Notes: a model not told the origin generated them from the letters alone. A stretch of DNA of 64,000 nucleotides from Squalus acanthias (GCA_030390025.1 CM059436.1:39246001-39310000); one strand, 5' to 3'; positions 1 through 12,722 are shown, numbered from the stretch's first letter. Program-made: numbers and translations.

Positions 1-411
1 TCAACTCAGTTAGACAGCTATTATCTATTTAAGGAGATTCCAATCCAGTGCTGGTGGTCTTAGGCTGGATTTTACACTGTCAATGCTCAAGTTGTGTCTT
101 TGGGTTCTGCGATATTTGAAATGAGTGCATTCAAACAGAAGTGATAGTGATACTGCAAAAATCATAGCAGTCTGTATTCAGCAATTGACCTCTTGCAATA
201 TTCTATTTGTTTTCTTTTCCTCAGCACGATAGAACAGAGCACGTGAGGAAGCTAATTTAGTGAGAATTAATTTTAAATATTTTAAATTAATAGACCAAGA
301 AAAAGAGATGCCATTTCTTAAATTGGATAATTGCTGTTTTAATATCAGTGTTGCAACATTAGGCGCCACTGAAGTGACTCTATGGAAACTAATATTTGAT
401 ACATAGAAGTT

Positions 412-480
412 ACAACACATAGAAATATATAGAAATTACAACATGGAAACAGGCCATTTGGCCCAGCCAGTCCGTGTCGG
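412..480 (-). mobile_element. CR1/HER1-type LINE 3' tail fragment
   Basis: catagaaatatatagaaattacaacatggaaacaggccatttggccc parallels the minus-strand CR1 tails at 38249 and 39236 (catagaatcatacagcacagaaggaggccatttggccc). Confidence 0.7.
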
Positions 481-1903
481 GCTTTAATAATTGGATTTAG
501 ATTCTTAGAATTAGAAATGAATTTTGGGGAAAATTATCAATAGACCAGAAGCAATCACACTACACTGCAGGCTGCTTAACTACTTTATTCAAGCAGAGAT
601 GTACATTCGGATAATATTCAACTGAACTTTTGGGGGTTTGCTAATCCCTCAGGCAGGCTCAGTGTAAAGGGCAAACATATTTATAGTAATCCAAATCAGA
701 CTGCAATGAATGCATTGCATATTGCTATATGGTGTACTAATGTAACACAATTACAAAAAAGTGACATGTAGATCACTTTTTCATATATATTTAAACAAAA
801 AATATAAAGCATCAGAACGATATTTAGATAAACGCAAACATTTATGAGTTTCCCTTCAGTAATTTACCATAAATGTGTTTAAAAACAAATGAGACATCAC
901 GTAGCTCGATAATTTCCCATGACCGAGTCACCAGCATGAAGCATGTAATTTAGCATGATTTAAGATGCATATCTCTGGGTTTGTGCGTTGTTTCCAGATA
1001 GGCTTTAGTTTCCCTGACCTTTTCTGATACATTTTTGGCAATCGCCCCTGCTCATTTCATTTTGCACAGTATATGCTTGTCACACAGGTTATAGCTGTAA
1101 AAGAAAGCAATATTTTTAAGGCAGTCTACATAAATTGTACAGTAACCAACTGCTGATATAAAGTGCTAATAGAAATAATACAGCATGCACAGCATTATTG
1201 GCAACATACGTATGGTTATGTCAGAAGTGAAAGATGCTGACTTTTTCTTCGATCGAATTTAAGATATTTCTAAAATAATTTTCTGCTCTTTTTTGTTCTT
1301 AAGCATATCGTTTCGCTATTCCCTCCATGGCACATAATTCTCTTACTTGTAGAGGACAGGTGGATGATTTGTTTCCTGGCTTCTGCCAATAGTGCCGAAC
1401 AAAGAATGAGTCACCTGCTAGGAGATTGCATGAGCTTTGACTCCAGCTTTTTGGGTTTTTTTTTCTCTTCTTCCTGTGTGCCTTGCCTCTGTCTACTATT
1501 TTCCCAGACGTCCTAGCTGAGATTGGAATCTCACCACATGGGGAACCATGACTTTAAGCTTATACCCTATCACTCCATGGTGAAGTACCTTGATGCTTGT
1601 TGTGCCAATATAGCCGAGAAGATAGTTACAGAGGGACCTGTCGATTGCAGTCCCCCACAGAGGCTGCAAAATTGGCCATTCTTCACGGGTGGCCACTTTA
1701 TCGGGGACTTCAGCTGCAGTTTTTCTGTAGGATCTCAGCTGTCATTTGTTGAGGCTCCATCTTTTTAATGTCGTGGAACCTATGCATGCATGGGAGGGGA
1801 TTTGAAGCACACAACTGAGTTCCTGAATTTAATTGTCTCTCTTGGTCCAACTGCTCTTCCACTCAGTTTCTCACAGTAGTAGAGGTACTTCTGCCTCTCT
1901 GTC

Positions 1904-1937
1904 CCCCCCACCGCCCCCCCCCCCCCCCCCCCCGCCA
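1904..1937. repeat. poly(C) tract
   Basis: Visible C run; similar C/G runs at ~21424, ~22135, ~24585, ~51722. Confidence 0.9.
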
Positions 1938-2419
1938 CATTGTCCATTTCCTCCCTCTGTAGCTAAAATACAGATCTTGCCTCTCATAATGGCTGCACTA
2001 TGGTCAGCCTGAAAGAAAAATTCTCTGACATTCAGGAAATTAAAAAGTTAGAAACATGGTAGAACCCATTCAGAAAACTCTGACTCCCACCCAATCCTGG
2101 GCCCAACTGTTGCTTGTAGTTGTGATTCAATGGGCATAATAGGGAATAGAAGTGGCTGGAATATGGACTACACAGGTGACTGTAAACACAGTATAACTTC
2201 CACTGACTTGTGCTCACTGCCGGTCAGGACTGCAAAGTGTGGCCGGTACAGACAGGTGGCCACCTTATAATGTTGACCATAAATACAAATTACTTTGTGG
2301 AACTTCAGTCATTGAATATTGGTATTTTGTGGACTGTTAATGGCTAAAGTAGTGATCCTCTGTAATGTTATGAAGCTGAAAATTATTAGAGAGCAAAATA
2401 ATTCAATGCTTTATGCTGC

Positions 2420-2630
2420 ATGCATTGACAGTGTTTAGAAAAACAATTTCTAGATTCGTTGAGTCATTAAATATACTACAAATCCCAAATACAGATGTGT
2501 TCTAAAGGCTAAAGTGGTGCAACATGTATTAACAGTGTTTTAAAAAGTAAATTATAAGCTTAGACAGTCGTGAAATATACTGCAAAAGCCAAATGTATGG
2601 ATCTGCTCTAACGGTTAAAATGACTACAAA
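2420..2630. repeat. Diverged ~104-bp tandem duplication (2 units, possible third partial unit at ~2300-2356)
   Basis: Units start at 2420 and 2524: atgcattgacagtgttt/atgtattaacagtgttt; aaatatactacaaatcccaaat/aaatatactgcaaaagccaaat; ttctaaaggctaaagtg/ctctaacggttaaaatg. Confidence 0.8.
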
Positions 2631-3564
2631 AATATAATTTCCACAATAATGAGTGGAGTTACTGAGAATTTGATTTCAGATTGGCCTGCTTCAATTGAAG
2701 CATTTGGCAGGAAACGTGAGTGTGAAGTTGCTGAGGTTGCCATACTGCACCAGCTTATTCTGGTTTTAGTCATGCTGGTACCTGTTTAGCCCTGTTTAAA
2801 CACTCTGTCATCCTAGGTCATTTACTGGGCAGTGGGCAGTCAGAATCTGCACAGCTCTAAGGGAAAAAGAGCAGATGATTGTTTCGGGATCAAGGAAAGG
2901 TTGCTGCTTCATTGCTGCTATGTAGTCCAATAAATGGTTTCATGTATATCTCAGTGCTGCAGTCTTCCAGCCTTAAACAAAAGACGCAAGAACATGCTAC
3001 AGGCAAGCAACTTTTTCAGTTTAGTTTAAACAGTTTGAAATAATATACAAAAGAAAAGCATGAAATAAAGCAGAATTCTTAAATATACCACAACACACAC
3101 GTGTTAGGGTCCATAGCTTGAAGCGACATCCCTATTTCATACTGTTTATTGGCGGGGGGGGGCACACACCATCTTGAAAATACTCATCACCCATGATGAT
3201 TGGGATTGACCTTTAACATCTGGTGTATTCTAGTATGATATCTGCATGTGCATCAGATCGTGTTATTACCAGCAAAGCAAAGTTATAATGTGGTTAGTCT
3301 TGATATTTGTTTTTCCCCTGTTCTTTAAAATTTTTGGCATTCTCAATATGATTAGACACTTTGAGTAGGAATTGCGATGCGTCACACATGTTTTGGGGGT
3401 CCAAAACGGGCGCAATGAAGTCGAACTCAGGAGTGTGCGGAAAATGCTTGAAGTGCATGCGGTGCCATATTGGTCCGAGTGCTCGATAGATGTTCCCTGG
3501 CGGCCGCCTGCAACAAAAGCAGGAATTATTTAAATATCACGGCCCCTTTCTGAAATTGTTGTTC

Positions 3565-4712
3565 ATGGACACCCGAAGCAGCAGCAAGGAACACAGCAAA
3601 GACCTGCATAGGCTGCAAGAAGAGGGTGAAGGAGGCAAGGGTGCAAGGCTGAGGGTTTTCAGCGTGTAAGGCGACTGCGTTTCCACAGGGAGACAGTCAC
3701 GTACCTGTGCCACCTACTGCAGCGAGAATTGAAGCCCAACACCAGGGCGTGCACTGCACTGCCTGAGGTAGTTAACGTCACCGTGGCTCTGAATATTTAT
3801 ACCTCTGTCTCCTTCCAAACTACTTGTGGGGACATCAGCAACATCAGTCAGTTTGCAGTGCACACGCTGAGCTGGCAGGTCACTGATGCACTGTGTGTGA
3901 GGCGGCAATAGTTCATACCTATGGAGGCTGACAATTGGGAAGAAAGTGCGTTGGGACTTGCCCACATTGCTGGATTCCCGCAGGTGGAGGGCATCATCGA
4001 CTGCAATGCATATAGCCCTGCGAGCTCCCCAATATGAAGCAGATCTGTTTCTGAACAGGAAAGGCTTCCATTCGCTCCATGTGTAACTTGTTTGTGACCA
4101 CAACGAGTCATGCAGGCCTGTGCCCGTATCCTGAGAGAAAGAAAGAAATTGCATTTATATAGCGCCTTTCACGACAACCGGACGTCTCAAAGTGCTTTAC
4201 AGCCAAGGAAGTACTTTTGGAGTGTAGTCACTGTTGCAATGTGAGAGTAGTCATGATGCTTTCATACTGTACTTGTCCTCAATATCCCCTCTGTAACACC
4301 TAGACCATTGAGTGGCAGGCTGGCTGCTGGGGATAAGGGCTATCCTCTCTCCAACTGGCTCATGACTCCTGTCTGGAACCCAGGCACAGGCACTGAGCTG
4401 AGATATAATGAGAGCTATACGTCAACAAGGGTTCTCACTGAGCAACCTATTGGCGTCTTGAAGCAACAGTTCCGCTTTTTGGAAGAGGTCCTTTAGTACA
4501 GCCCAGAGCGAGTCTCAAGGTTCATCATTGCTGCATGCTCCTCAATGTAGCTATTCAAAGGGGAGTTGCTTTAGAGATTCCTGAGGAGCACGAAGTGGAG
4601 CAGGAAGATGCAGAAGGTGATGAGTTGGAGGAAGCAGACGAGCATGGCCCAGCAGTACAGCGAGCTACCAGAGCTGTACTGCTGCAGATTATTGAAGAGA
4701 GATTCTCCTGAT
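3565..4712 (+). pseudogene. Harbinger DDE transposase (HARBI1-like), frameshifted and interrupted
   Basis: Motifs in order across frames: RRLRFHRETV..LC, TALPEVVNVTVALNIYTSVSFQ..GDISNISQ, GFPQVEGIIDC, NRKGFHSL, YP(E)SSHDAFIL, GDKGYPLSNWLMTP, RYN..TRVLTEQPIGVLKQQFRFL, acidic C-terminus. Confidence 0.92.
4138..4241 (-). mobile_element. Deu-SINE/L2-type 3' tail inserted into the transposase, 6-bp TSD
   Basis: Reverse complement ends ...gaaaggcgctatataaatgcaatttctttcttt. TGAGAG is duplicated at 4132-4137 and 4242-4247. Confidence 0.85.
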
Positions 4713-5117
4713 CAATCCCTGCTCTGCCCCCAGCACCAACAGTCCCTCCTTCCATTTGACCCAGTCCTCACACCCACCATATTAATGCCCTCAAACTGTT
4801 AAATTTTTGTGATCCTCTTGCATTGATAAGATTATGATGGCCAACAGGTATGTCAAACCAAAATATTTTACTTCACTACTCCAACAGCCTCCATTGTTGA
4901 TTTGACAAATGCTTGCATGGCTGATTTCTATCTATAAATCATCTTTGTGCAACCCTTCGTGCCTGTCTTGTGTGCACATTCCCTATTCTAGTGCTCCTAC
5001 AATGTAGTTCCACAGTGGCTACAGCTTGGGACGTGGAAGGCTACTGAAGTTCCACTGCGGGCACTTGAGATGACCGTGGTGGGCAACCTCAAGGAGTTCT
5101 GGCTGTTGAGGAGCCGG

Positions 5118-6790
5118 TTACAGACTGCTGGTACTCGGCTTTGGCTGGGGCAGGCTGGTCCAACTGGCTGTCTGGCTCCAACAGCAGCACTGGTTTGAGA
5201 GGCTGGCCGGGGAGCCAGCAGGTGCCTGCATCATGGAGCCAAAACCACTCTCCGGGCCCTGAGCTTCAGCACTCCCATTGCTCTGTGCGAGAACAGAGTG
5301 CTGTAGGCGTGCTGGGAGGCTCGCGAAATCCCCACTCACGCTCTCCTTCAGGCTGTGTAAGCCAGAGGAGATGCTGGACCCCAAAACCAAGATGGCAGCT
5401 TTCTGAGCTTCTGTCAAATGAGTCCGAGCCGTCACCAGATACTCCATCACTGTGGGGGTTCCTCATAGAGCTGACCACTCACTCTGTGTTTGACTGCATG
5501 GTCTCGATGCTGTGCACAAAGACCGTACACAAGTTGGAGCTGGACTCCTCTACGTTCTCTGACGTTGTGCGTGAGCTCTGTGGCAGGCAGCCCAGTCCAC
5601 TTAGATGGTCCGTGTGGCCTGCCATCAGTCTGCTGATGGGCCATGTCTCCATCTGTACCCTGTGCAAGCAGGGCTAGGGTGCGAGTTCACCCTCCAGCGA
5701 GCTGCTTCCTGGGCTGTCCTATCCCCCTGGCCTTGCTCCTACACACTCGTGCTGGTGAATCTCCATGTGCAGACCCCTCTGAACTACGCACAGTGATGGT
5801 CTCTGAGCTGATGACTGCAAGTGTAAGGTCGAGTGACTGCTTCGTGCTCTGCAGTGCTGCCCTCTTCTTCTTCTTCCTGTACTCCTGAGGGCCATGTGCA
5901 TCTCCGGGACATAAAATGTAAGAAAGTGAGAAGAGTTAGCATTTAGTGGCATAGGTATGCAGAGACAGATGAGTGGCTGCTGAAAGCAGCTGCAATCTGT
6001 CATGCATCATGTGTAAGAGTGTGATTTAAGTGAGAAGAGAAGGATGGAAAGATGGTTGAAAACCCTGCAGGGCTTGTCCTCCAGCCTAGCCAGATGCCAT
6101 GCTCCTGACACGCCCCTGCCCACGATATCCATGATCTGCTCTTCAAGTGGGGACAGTACATGGATGAAGCGTGGTCCTCCCCCTGTGGCTGCCTGCTCCC
6201 TGTTACTGGGTGTGACATTGCCTGCAAGAAATAAGGAAACGTGTCAGTGTTCGAGTAGTGAGAGGTTTTGAGGATGTGCAAGTGAGGGTAGAATAGTGTT
6301 GCTAGTGTGTGCAAGGTGGCAGAGGTGTGAGGAGGTGTAGGAAGTAATAGTGAGGATAGTGGCAGGCGCAGTGTGCTGCAGTAGGAGCTGAAGGAGGCAG
6401 AGTGAAGTGTGCTGCAGTGATTGTAGGAGAGTGCTGGCAATCGAGAGAGGGAAGGGTAGTGAGTGCTGGGGCAATAGGTGGTGTAAGGCTAATCATAGAG
6501 TAATGATAGATATGAGTTAGGAGGCTTACCTTAGCTATCCCTGTGAGGTCATTGAACTTCTTCCTGCATTATTGCCATGTGCTAGGGGCCATACTCGTTG
6601 CACTGACGCACTGCGCCACCTCTGCCCACTCATGCCTGGCAGCTGGCCTGAAAATCCTCCTGCTGCCTGGTAGATAGAAGATGCCCCATCTCATGCTGAC
6701 CTCCTCCACCAAAACCGCCAAAGCAAGGCCTGAAAACCAGGGGGACCCTTGCAGCCTCTCCTGTGCCTGACTTTGCCCACAGATCGTTGC
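5118..6790 (-). pseudogene. Harbinger Myb/SANT-like DNA-binding protein gene (Myb_DNA-bind_5/NAIF1/MSANTD type), spliced, decayed
   Basis: Exon 1 reads FSGLALAVLVEEV...WAEVAQCVSA..STWQ*CRKKFNDLTGIAK and ends at AAG|GTAAGC (6530). The intron 6529-6222 ends in ttccttatttcttgcag. Exon 2 reads NREQAATGGGP..VLSPLEEQIMDIVG. Acidic and helical remnants lie at ~5118-5885. Confidence 0.85.
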
Positions 6791-8542
6791 CTGCAGCCGA
6801 AGTGCACTTCCCATTTAAGAGGTGAAGGCTGCTGTTAAATCGCGTCAGGAGTGTGCAAAATTGTGCCCCCATCAGGCAAGCTGCCAACCAACAGCATGAG
6901 TTACACTGGCAGCCCGCCTATTTTATTTTCATGAGTTCCACGTATATGGGCTCTTCCTTGCGGGCAGGTGATCAGGCAGGCACTCCAAGCACGAGGTCCG
7001 TTCTGCCCACAAAAACTCACTCAAAGCAATTTCTACCCCAAAGTTTCATGTACTGTGTTATCTGTATTCACATATCGTTAGAAAATCAATTGATCTAACT
7101 TCATGTTTTGAAAGGACAAAGAATTTAAAAACATTTTCTTACTCGCATTCTGTCCAGCTCTTTATATGTAGCATTATTTACACCGATGCTTCCGGTGGTT
7201 TTGTTTCTTCATGTTAAAAGTATATGCTATGGATAAATATGAAAAAAAACGGTATAATTCCTTAACCATGGCTTTCATGTGCCATAATGAAGCTGAATGG
7301 TAGCAAAATACAAATGCAATAATGTTGAAAGAGCAATATATCTTGCAACACCAACATTTAAATCACTGCCTGGACCAAGCGCCTCTTTATATCACTAACA
7401 CACCAACCCACTGCTTTAGAAATGCAAGAAGAGGGCAGGCTGGGTCCTGTTTCTAATCATGTTGAAGGCTAGGTCATAGATCTCCCCGAGTTGGAAGAAA
7501 AAATGTTTGTGCATATTTTATGTGCAATTCTAATTTAATCTTAAAAATAGATGGGCATACATAAACCCTACACAGTCATATATGCAAATTCAATAAATGA
7601 TTCCCAGCTAGCTCTGCCTGATCAGAATATGTACTGTCGGAGGTCCACCAATTTTACTGGTCCAGTCCCAGAATATCATTTAAGTGGCTGCTTGCTGCTG
7701 AACAGCAGGTTCTGTTCCCTGATTACAAGTCATTTGCACATAAAAGTGATGCTATCTGACTTGGAATTTGGCTTATGATCTTTTTTTGTAGTGAACATTT
7801 ACCTAATTCCTTTTGTTTCCCCGTTTAAATTATTTCCTTGGATTTTTATGGACATTGGCATGATTAGCTTCACTTCAGCACACTAAGGATGTACAGTGTA
7901 GTGTTCTGTAGTATTTATAGAAGGGAGTTAAAATATCAGACAGCATTGAAGTTTCTCACATCCTGCATAGAGTTACAAAATAAGAATTATATTTTTGTAT
8001 TCTCAAAGCTGATCGACCACCTCAGTTATAAAAACTTGCAAGCGTTTTGTGCTGTTGTCTGAGAATTATATTGTACTATAAGAGGAAGAGATTACACAAG
8101 GTGATTGTTAATGATTTGCGTTGGTAGAGTTTAAAAAACAAAGCTGTTTGCTGATATCTGTAGAGCATTTCATTGCATTTATTCCTTCCAGAGAGTTCTG
8201 CATCGATCTGTAGTGAAAATGTTTATACAATATATATTTTGATATTTTCTCTGTGATAAACCCATGTTATTGTGTGTTGGTGAGAGCAAAACAAAAACAC
8301 AGTTGTGTAATAACATTGTAGTTGGAATTGCTCCCCCCATTGTGTATGTGTTTTGTAGCTATACAAGATTCAAAGTCAGCTGCGTAGAGATACAAATTGC
8401 TTACTAATCTACGTACAGCTAATTTATATTGGATAGACTTTAATGAGATGCACCCAATCTTTTTACTTGTGCCATGATTAGAATCAAGCCCCAGGTCTTG
8501 ATAAATATTCCATCAGAGTATTCAAATTACCCTTAAGGGCAT

Positions 8543-8712
8543 TAATATAGGATAATAGATGGCTGGCAGTGAATTACAAGGCAGTAATTCAATCGAGTGG
8601 CTCTGATGATGTCATAAATTGAGAGTACGAAGTGGCTTCTGAACATTAGCAGACCCCCTCCTTCCCGGATTTAATTACTACCTTAATCCCACTGCCAGCC
8701 ATTACTTTCTTT
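8543..8712 (+). repeat. Hairpin repeat, copy 1 (Eulor6/CryptonA-like, tentative)
   Basis: Perfect 13-bp inverted repeat atggctggcagtg (8559-8571)/cactgccagccat (8690-8702), plus inner aaggcagtaatt/aattactacctt. Aligns with the reverse complement of 12558-12722. Confidence 0.75.
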
Positions 8713-9894
8713 TATATATAATATATATAAATGAATACCTAGACAACCTTCAACAATTTAGGGTGTGTGGTGGGCACAGTGGATTGGTAAAGGGCTGAGG
8801 CTCGGGTTTGATCATACTGCTCCACTGAGTTGCTGATTTCAGTTAATTTGTATTGGGTGTGGGGTCAGTTCAAGGCAGGTACTTCCCATGTTTCCACTGA
8901 GTTAATTCCAGGGCATTCAACTGCACCTCTGTCTCTTAGGCATTGGCGGAGGCCTGGGAGGACCTACCCAATCTCTGTTCCAGTATAGATGCACAACTAA
9001 GCATAAGGCAAGGAGAGGGTGCCCCGAATAAAATATTTTGGCCTAATATTATTTCAAATTTAGATGCACAACATAATTTGCAGCCAAAGGCTCACAGAAA
9101 ATCCAACTGAACAGCCTTAATCTGGAGTATTTGTCTAAGAGAGTTGTTTGAACATGCTGTTGTAATGGTTGTTTGGAAGTTTTCTGCCTTGTGTCGGAGT
9201 CATTTTTGGAATAGCAGAAACAAGACTTTTGAAAATGAAACATTCAGTTGAAACTCATAATGTGTTCTTAAATTGTAACCATTTTCTTTCTTTTGATTGT
9301 TATTGTGTATAATTTATTTACACTAATTTCCACATCTCATTTTGAAATTATTTTCTTTTTCCCCCATCCCACTTTTTAGGTTCCCCTGCACCATGCATTA
9401 TTCCCTGACCAAGAGGGTAGTCAGGCAACCAGTAGCCCAAGTTTTCGTGGCTTTGTAAGCAGCCACTAGGAGGTGTGTAGATTGATTTCCCCTTGTTATT
9501 TTCCTTCCTCTGATGGATCAGCTGAGTCTTTTGTTGAGCGACTAGGTGAAGGGCTGAGGCTCACAGTGCTGAACATTATCAAGGTTGAAATGAGTAGATG
9601 GAAAGATGACCTAAGTTCGAGAGTGCTAATTAGCTAATGCTAAGGAATCATTTTTAAACTTTGTAAATTGTAGGAGGGAGGAGAAATGGAGGGACGTATA
9701 GATTTGCATCATTTTGAAATCCTGGGAAAGAATGGGAGAGAGTGTGATTAGTTTTGATTTCAATACATTAAAAGGTGCAGGGAGGGGAAGATATGTAGGA
9801 TGGTGCACTTTGAGCTTAGATCCTTTCTGTTGATGGATGGTGAGCACCTGTTAACTATTTGTTTAGGCAAAAATTGTCCAATTAAAACGTGATC

Positions 9895-10297
9895 TTTTTT
9901 CCCCCTTTTCTCCCTCCATTGAAGACGCTGGGGTGCAGTTCCACAGGTGTCGGCAGCCCTCCCTAACTTCGCCCAAGAGCCCATTCTTCATGTGGAAGCT
10001 TAAACCGTGAGTATCGGCAGGTTGTTTCACTCTGAAGGGCATAGAACCTCTCCTCTCCCCATGTCCGCAGATATACACTCCAGCAGTGGTCACTGGATAG
10101 TGATCGGGAGCTGGAACCCTGGCTGATTTCCTCCCTCTTCCCTTTCCCCTTCCCTAGTCTGGAGACACTGAGGTTTATTGTAGCGCCCAATCACTATTCC
10201 AACTGAGATCAGCACAGATCAGAGACTGAACTTGGGAGCTTACAGTTCTGTATGGTTCAGTATCATATCCAGTGATACATTTACCCCACTGACCAAT
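9895..10297 (-). mobile_element. Old tRNA-derived SINE, unassigned family, near full length
   Basis: The reverse complement starts tggtcagtggggtaaatg... (A-box-like). Shares ggatagtgatc, ggctgatt(t/c)c, gacactgagg and ccaactgagat with 13205-13500, and the 3' part with 35572-35800. Confidence 0.6.
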
Positions 10298-12557
10298 CAT
10301 TTTAGATTTTTTAGTAGTCATATTCTCACATTTGACCATGATACTTTCTCCTCAATACTCAGGATTGTTGGGTGACATCATGGAAATATTTTTTGCGTTT
10401 CTAGGTCACATGATCCTCCCATAATATTTGAAGTATCTGATCTGAAAACCAACATAGCAGTGATCCTGAATCCCAGGTGAACAGAAACTGCAACTCTGAG
10501 AAATAAATAAACAAATACCTGAGATTAGAAAGCAGTCCAGTGACAGCATGTTGTGCCTATGTATTGCATTCTTGAGAGCTAAAATGTGGGTTTACATTCG
10601 CACTCCCCACATGTTGAGTGACTGAGTCATTGGGAGGAGTGGGTGGAGGGAGACAAAACAACATATCAAGTGGAGGTGAAGGGTGAGAACTCATCAGCTT
10701 GAGTGCCAGTGCTTGACGCCTGGCAACAGGTCGTGTGTCTGCTGTCTCAGCGGGGGAGTCATGCACAATAAGATGGGGAGCTTCAATACGAGACACAGAA
10801 AAATGGCACTTTGAAAGGGCCTGACAGTATTTGTAGCATTTATTGCAGTCAGAAAAGTTCTTGATGCAGATATTTCGAACGTGCAATAATGTACTCATCA
10901 AAATCGGTGAGGATTCAGCTCAAAGATTTGTAACCAATCTGGAGAAGGAGAAATGAAACGAGGATAAATCTTATTTTTTTCGAGGAGAAAGCTATGCTTT
11001 TGATAAAAAAAATTGGAGAGTAATAAATTCATCAAACTAAAAATGCAGGAGCTAATAGACTGCTCAAGTTTCAATGCATGGAAAGTAGAAAGCAGGCTCC
11101 TATTACTGCAAAGATACACAGATGCTGTCTGCTTTAATCGCTTGGTCATGGTTGGCAGACAGTTAGTCATCACAGGCTATGACAGGGTGAAAGCAGGGTG
11201 CCAGGGTCCCTTGCAAGTGAAAATTTGATGCAGAAAACGTTCTCTTTCTCCCTCCCTAGAAGTTAACAGCAACATTTTACTTCAAATCATTAGTCTCGCA
11301 TAACTCAATCAATATGGATTTACTCAAAAATCAATTTCCTACCGCAAATATGATTGTTAAATAATTCACAAGTAACAAGCCCTCTGGCACCTGGAGGTTG
11401 AAGGGGGGTAAGTGCTGAACAAGATTTAAAGCAGATTTCAATTAAATGAAGAGAAAAAAAAAATATTAACATTCAGTCAGCCTTTGAAACTTTTCTTCGC
11501 TTGGCCAGAAAAATCTTCTTTGGGAAGGGGAGGGGGAAGTGGAGGAAGAGCGCAGCAGAAAGCTGCATAAATCAGCGCAGGTGCAGTGAAGCAAACTTAA
11601 CTGTTCAGCATATGTAAGTGCAATCTGAAAATCATTGTCTTGCAAAGAACACTTGAAATTGGTCCCTAATGGCCTCTGCTTTTGTCATATGGTCTTGATT
11701 ATAACGATAAAATTGCATTGCCATGCCTTTAGTGAGAACGAGGTGGATGAATAATTGTTACGTGGGTTGAATACAGTGCGTGCGTGGGTGAATCAGGACA
11801 GCCACTGGACATGTACTTTCTGTCTGTGAAGCAGTTTTCAAAGAGTCCACCTCTCATGACGAAAGGCACCTGCTGTAGCAGTGCTATTTTATTGGGAAAA
11901 CCAGCAGGGTGCTTGAAGGTGTGTGCAAACCTGGTGCAGATATGATGGCTGATTCTCTGTTCGCATCAAGCTCACTAATAAATTCTAGCTAATTCATTTT
12001 TTATTCTCTCTAGGGGTCTGCTTGCAGACTTGACTTAACAGAGGAAGCATCATGTTACTTCCTTTAAATAATTGATGTCTCTTGGCCTAAGCCAGCTCAG
12101 AAGAAAATCTGAAAATAGTGACTGATTAAGTAAATATGTAGCTTTTTGCATTCCTGATATGTGGCTGGGATTGTTGTCATTGTATCTTTGTGTAGAGCTT
12201 TCCATTTCAGAGGATGTACATTTGACAGATTGTCATTACTATCAAAACTGCAATTAAAGAAACCGTTGTCCTTTTAGTTTGGCCTACATAGGCAGGTTTC
12301 TGCAACTATTACAGAGGCAGTTCTGCATAACCACTTTCAATACATACTGACCATAGAGTTTGCTGGAAAAAGTGATTTCTCAATGAAGTGCAGAGTAATG
12401 ACTTCACAATCGTTTATGTTTCAGCGTGATCGTCATCACAAATCAATGATCCCGAGTGCTCTGGCAGTTGGCATCCTCATTGAAATCCAGTATCAGCAGA
12501 AAAACAAACCCAAAATGGAATAAAACCAACCCATACAATTTACTGTATGTATTATTA

Positions 12558-12722
12558 AAAATAACAGATACCTTGTAGTGATTACAAGGCAGTAATCTAA
12601 TCTCCGAGTTTGGATGACAGTTATAAACCACTCAAGGTTTGCTCTTGCGGCTTATGACATCACCTGAACCCCTCTATTAAATTACTGCCTTGTAATCACT
12701 CCTCGGTAACCATTATTCTCCA
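12558..12722 (-). repeat. Hairpin repeat, copy 2 (Eulor6/CryptonA-like, tentative)
   Basis: Perfect 20-bp inverted repeat agtgattacaaggcagtaat (12577-12596)/attactgccttgtaatcact (12681-12700); loop homologous to copy 1. Confidence 0.8.

Larger units (their letters stand above)
3362..7039 (+). mobile_element. PIF/Harbinger DNA transposon A, decayed, two convergent genes
   Basis: Imperfect TIRs tgagtaggaattgc (3362-3375) and gcaatttctacccc (7026-7039), 11/14 match. They enclose a HARBI1-like transposase remnant (+) and a Myb/SANT gene remnant (-). TSD not resolvable. Confidence 0.9.

Noticed and set aside
3565-6790. Domesticated HARBI1/NAIF1/MSANTD host genes
   Set aside because: Frameshifts, stops, an insertion, flanking TIRs and a second decayed copy in the same window indicate transposon fossils.
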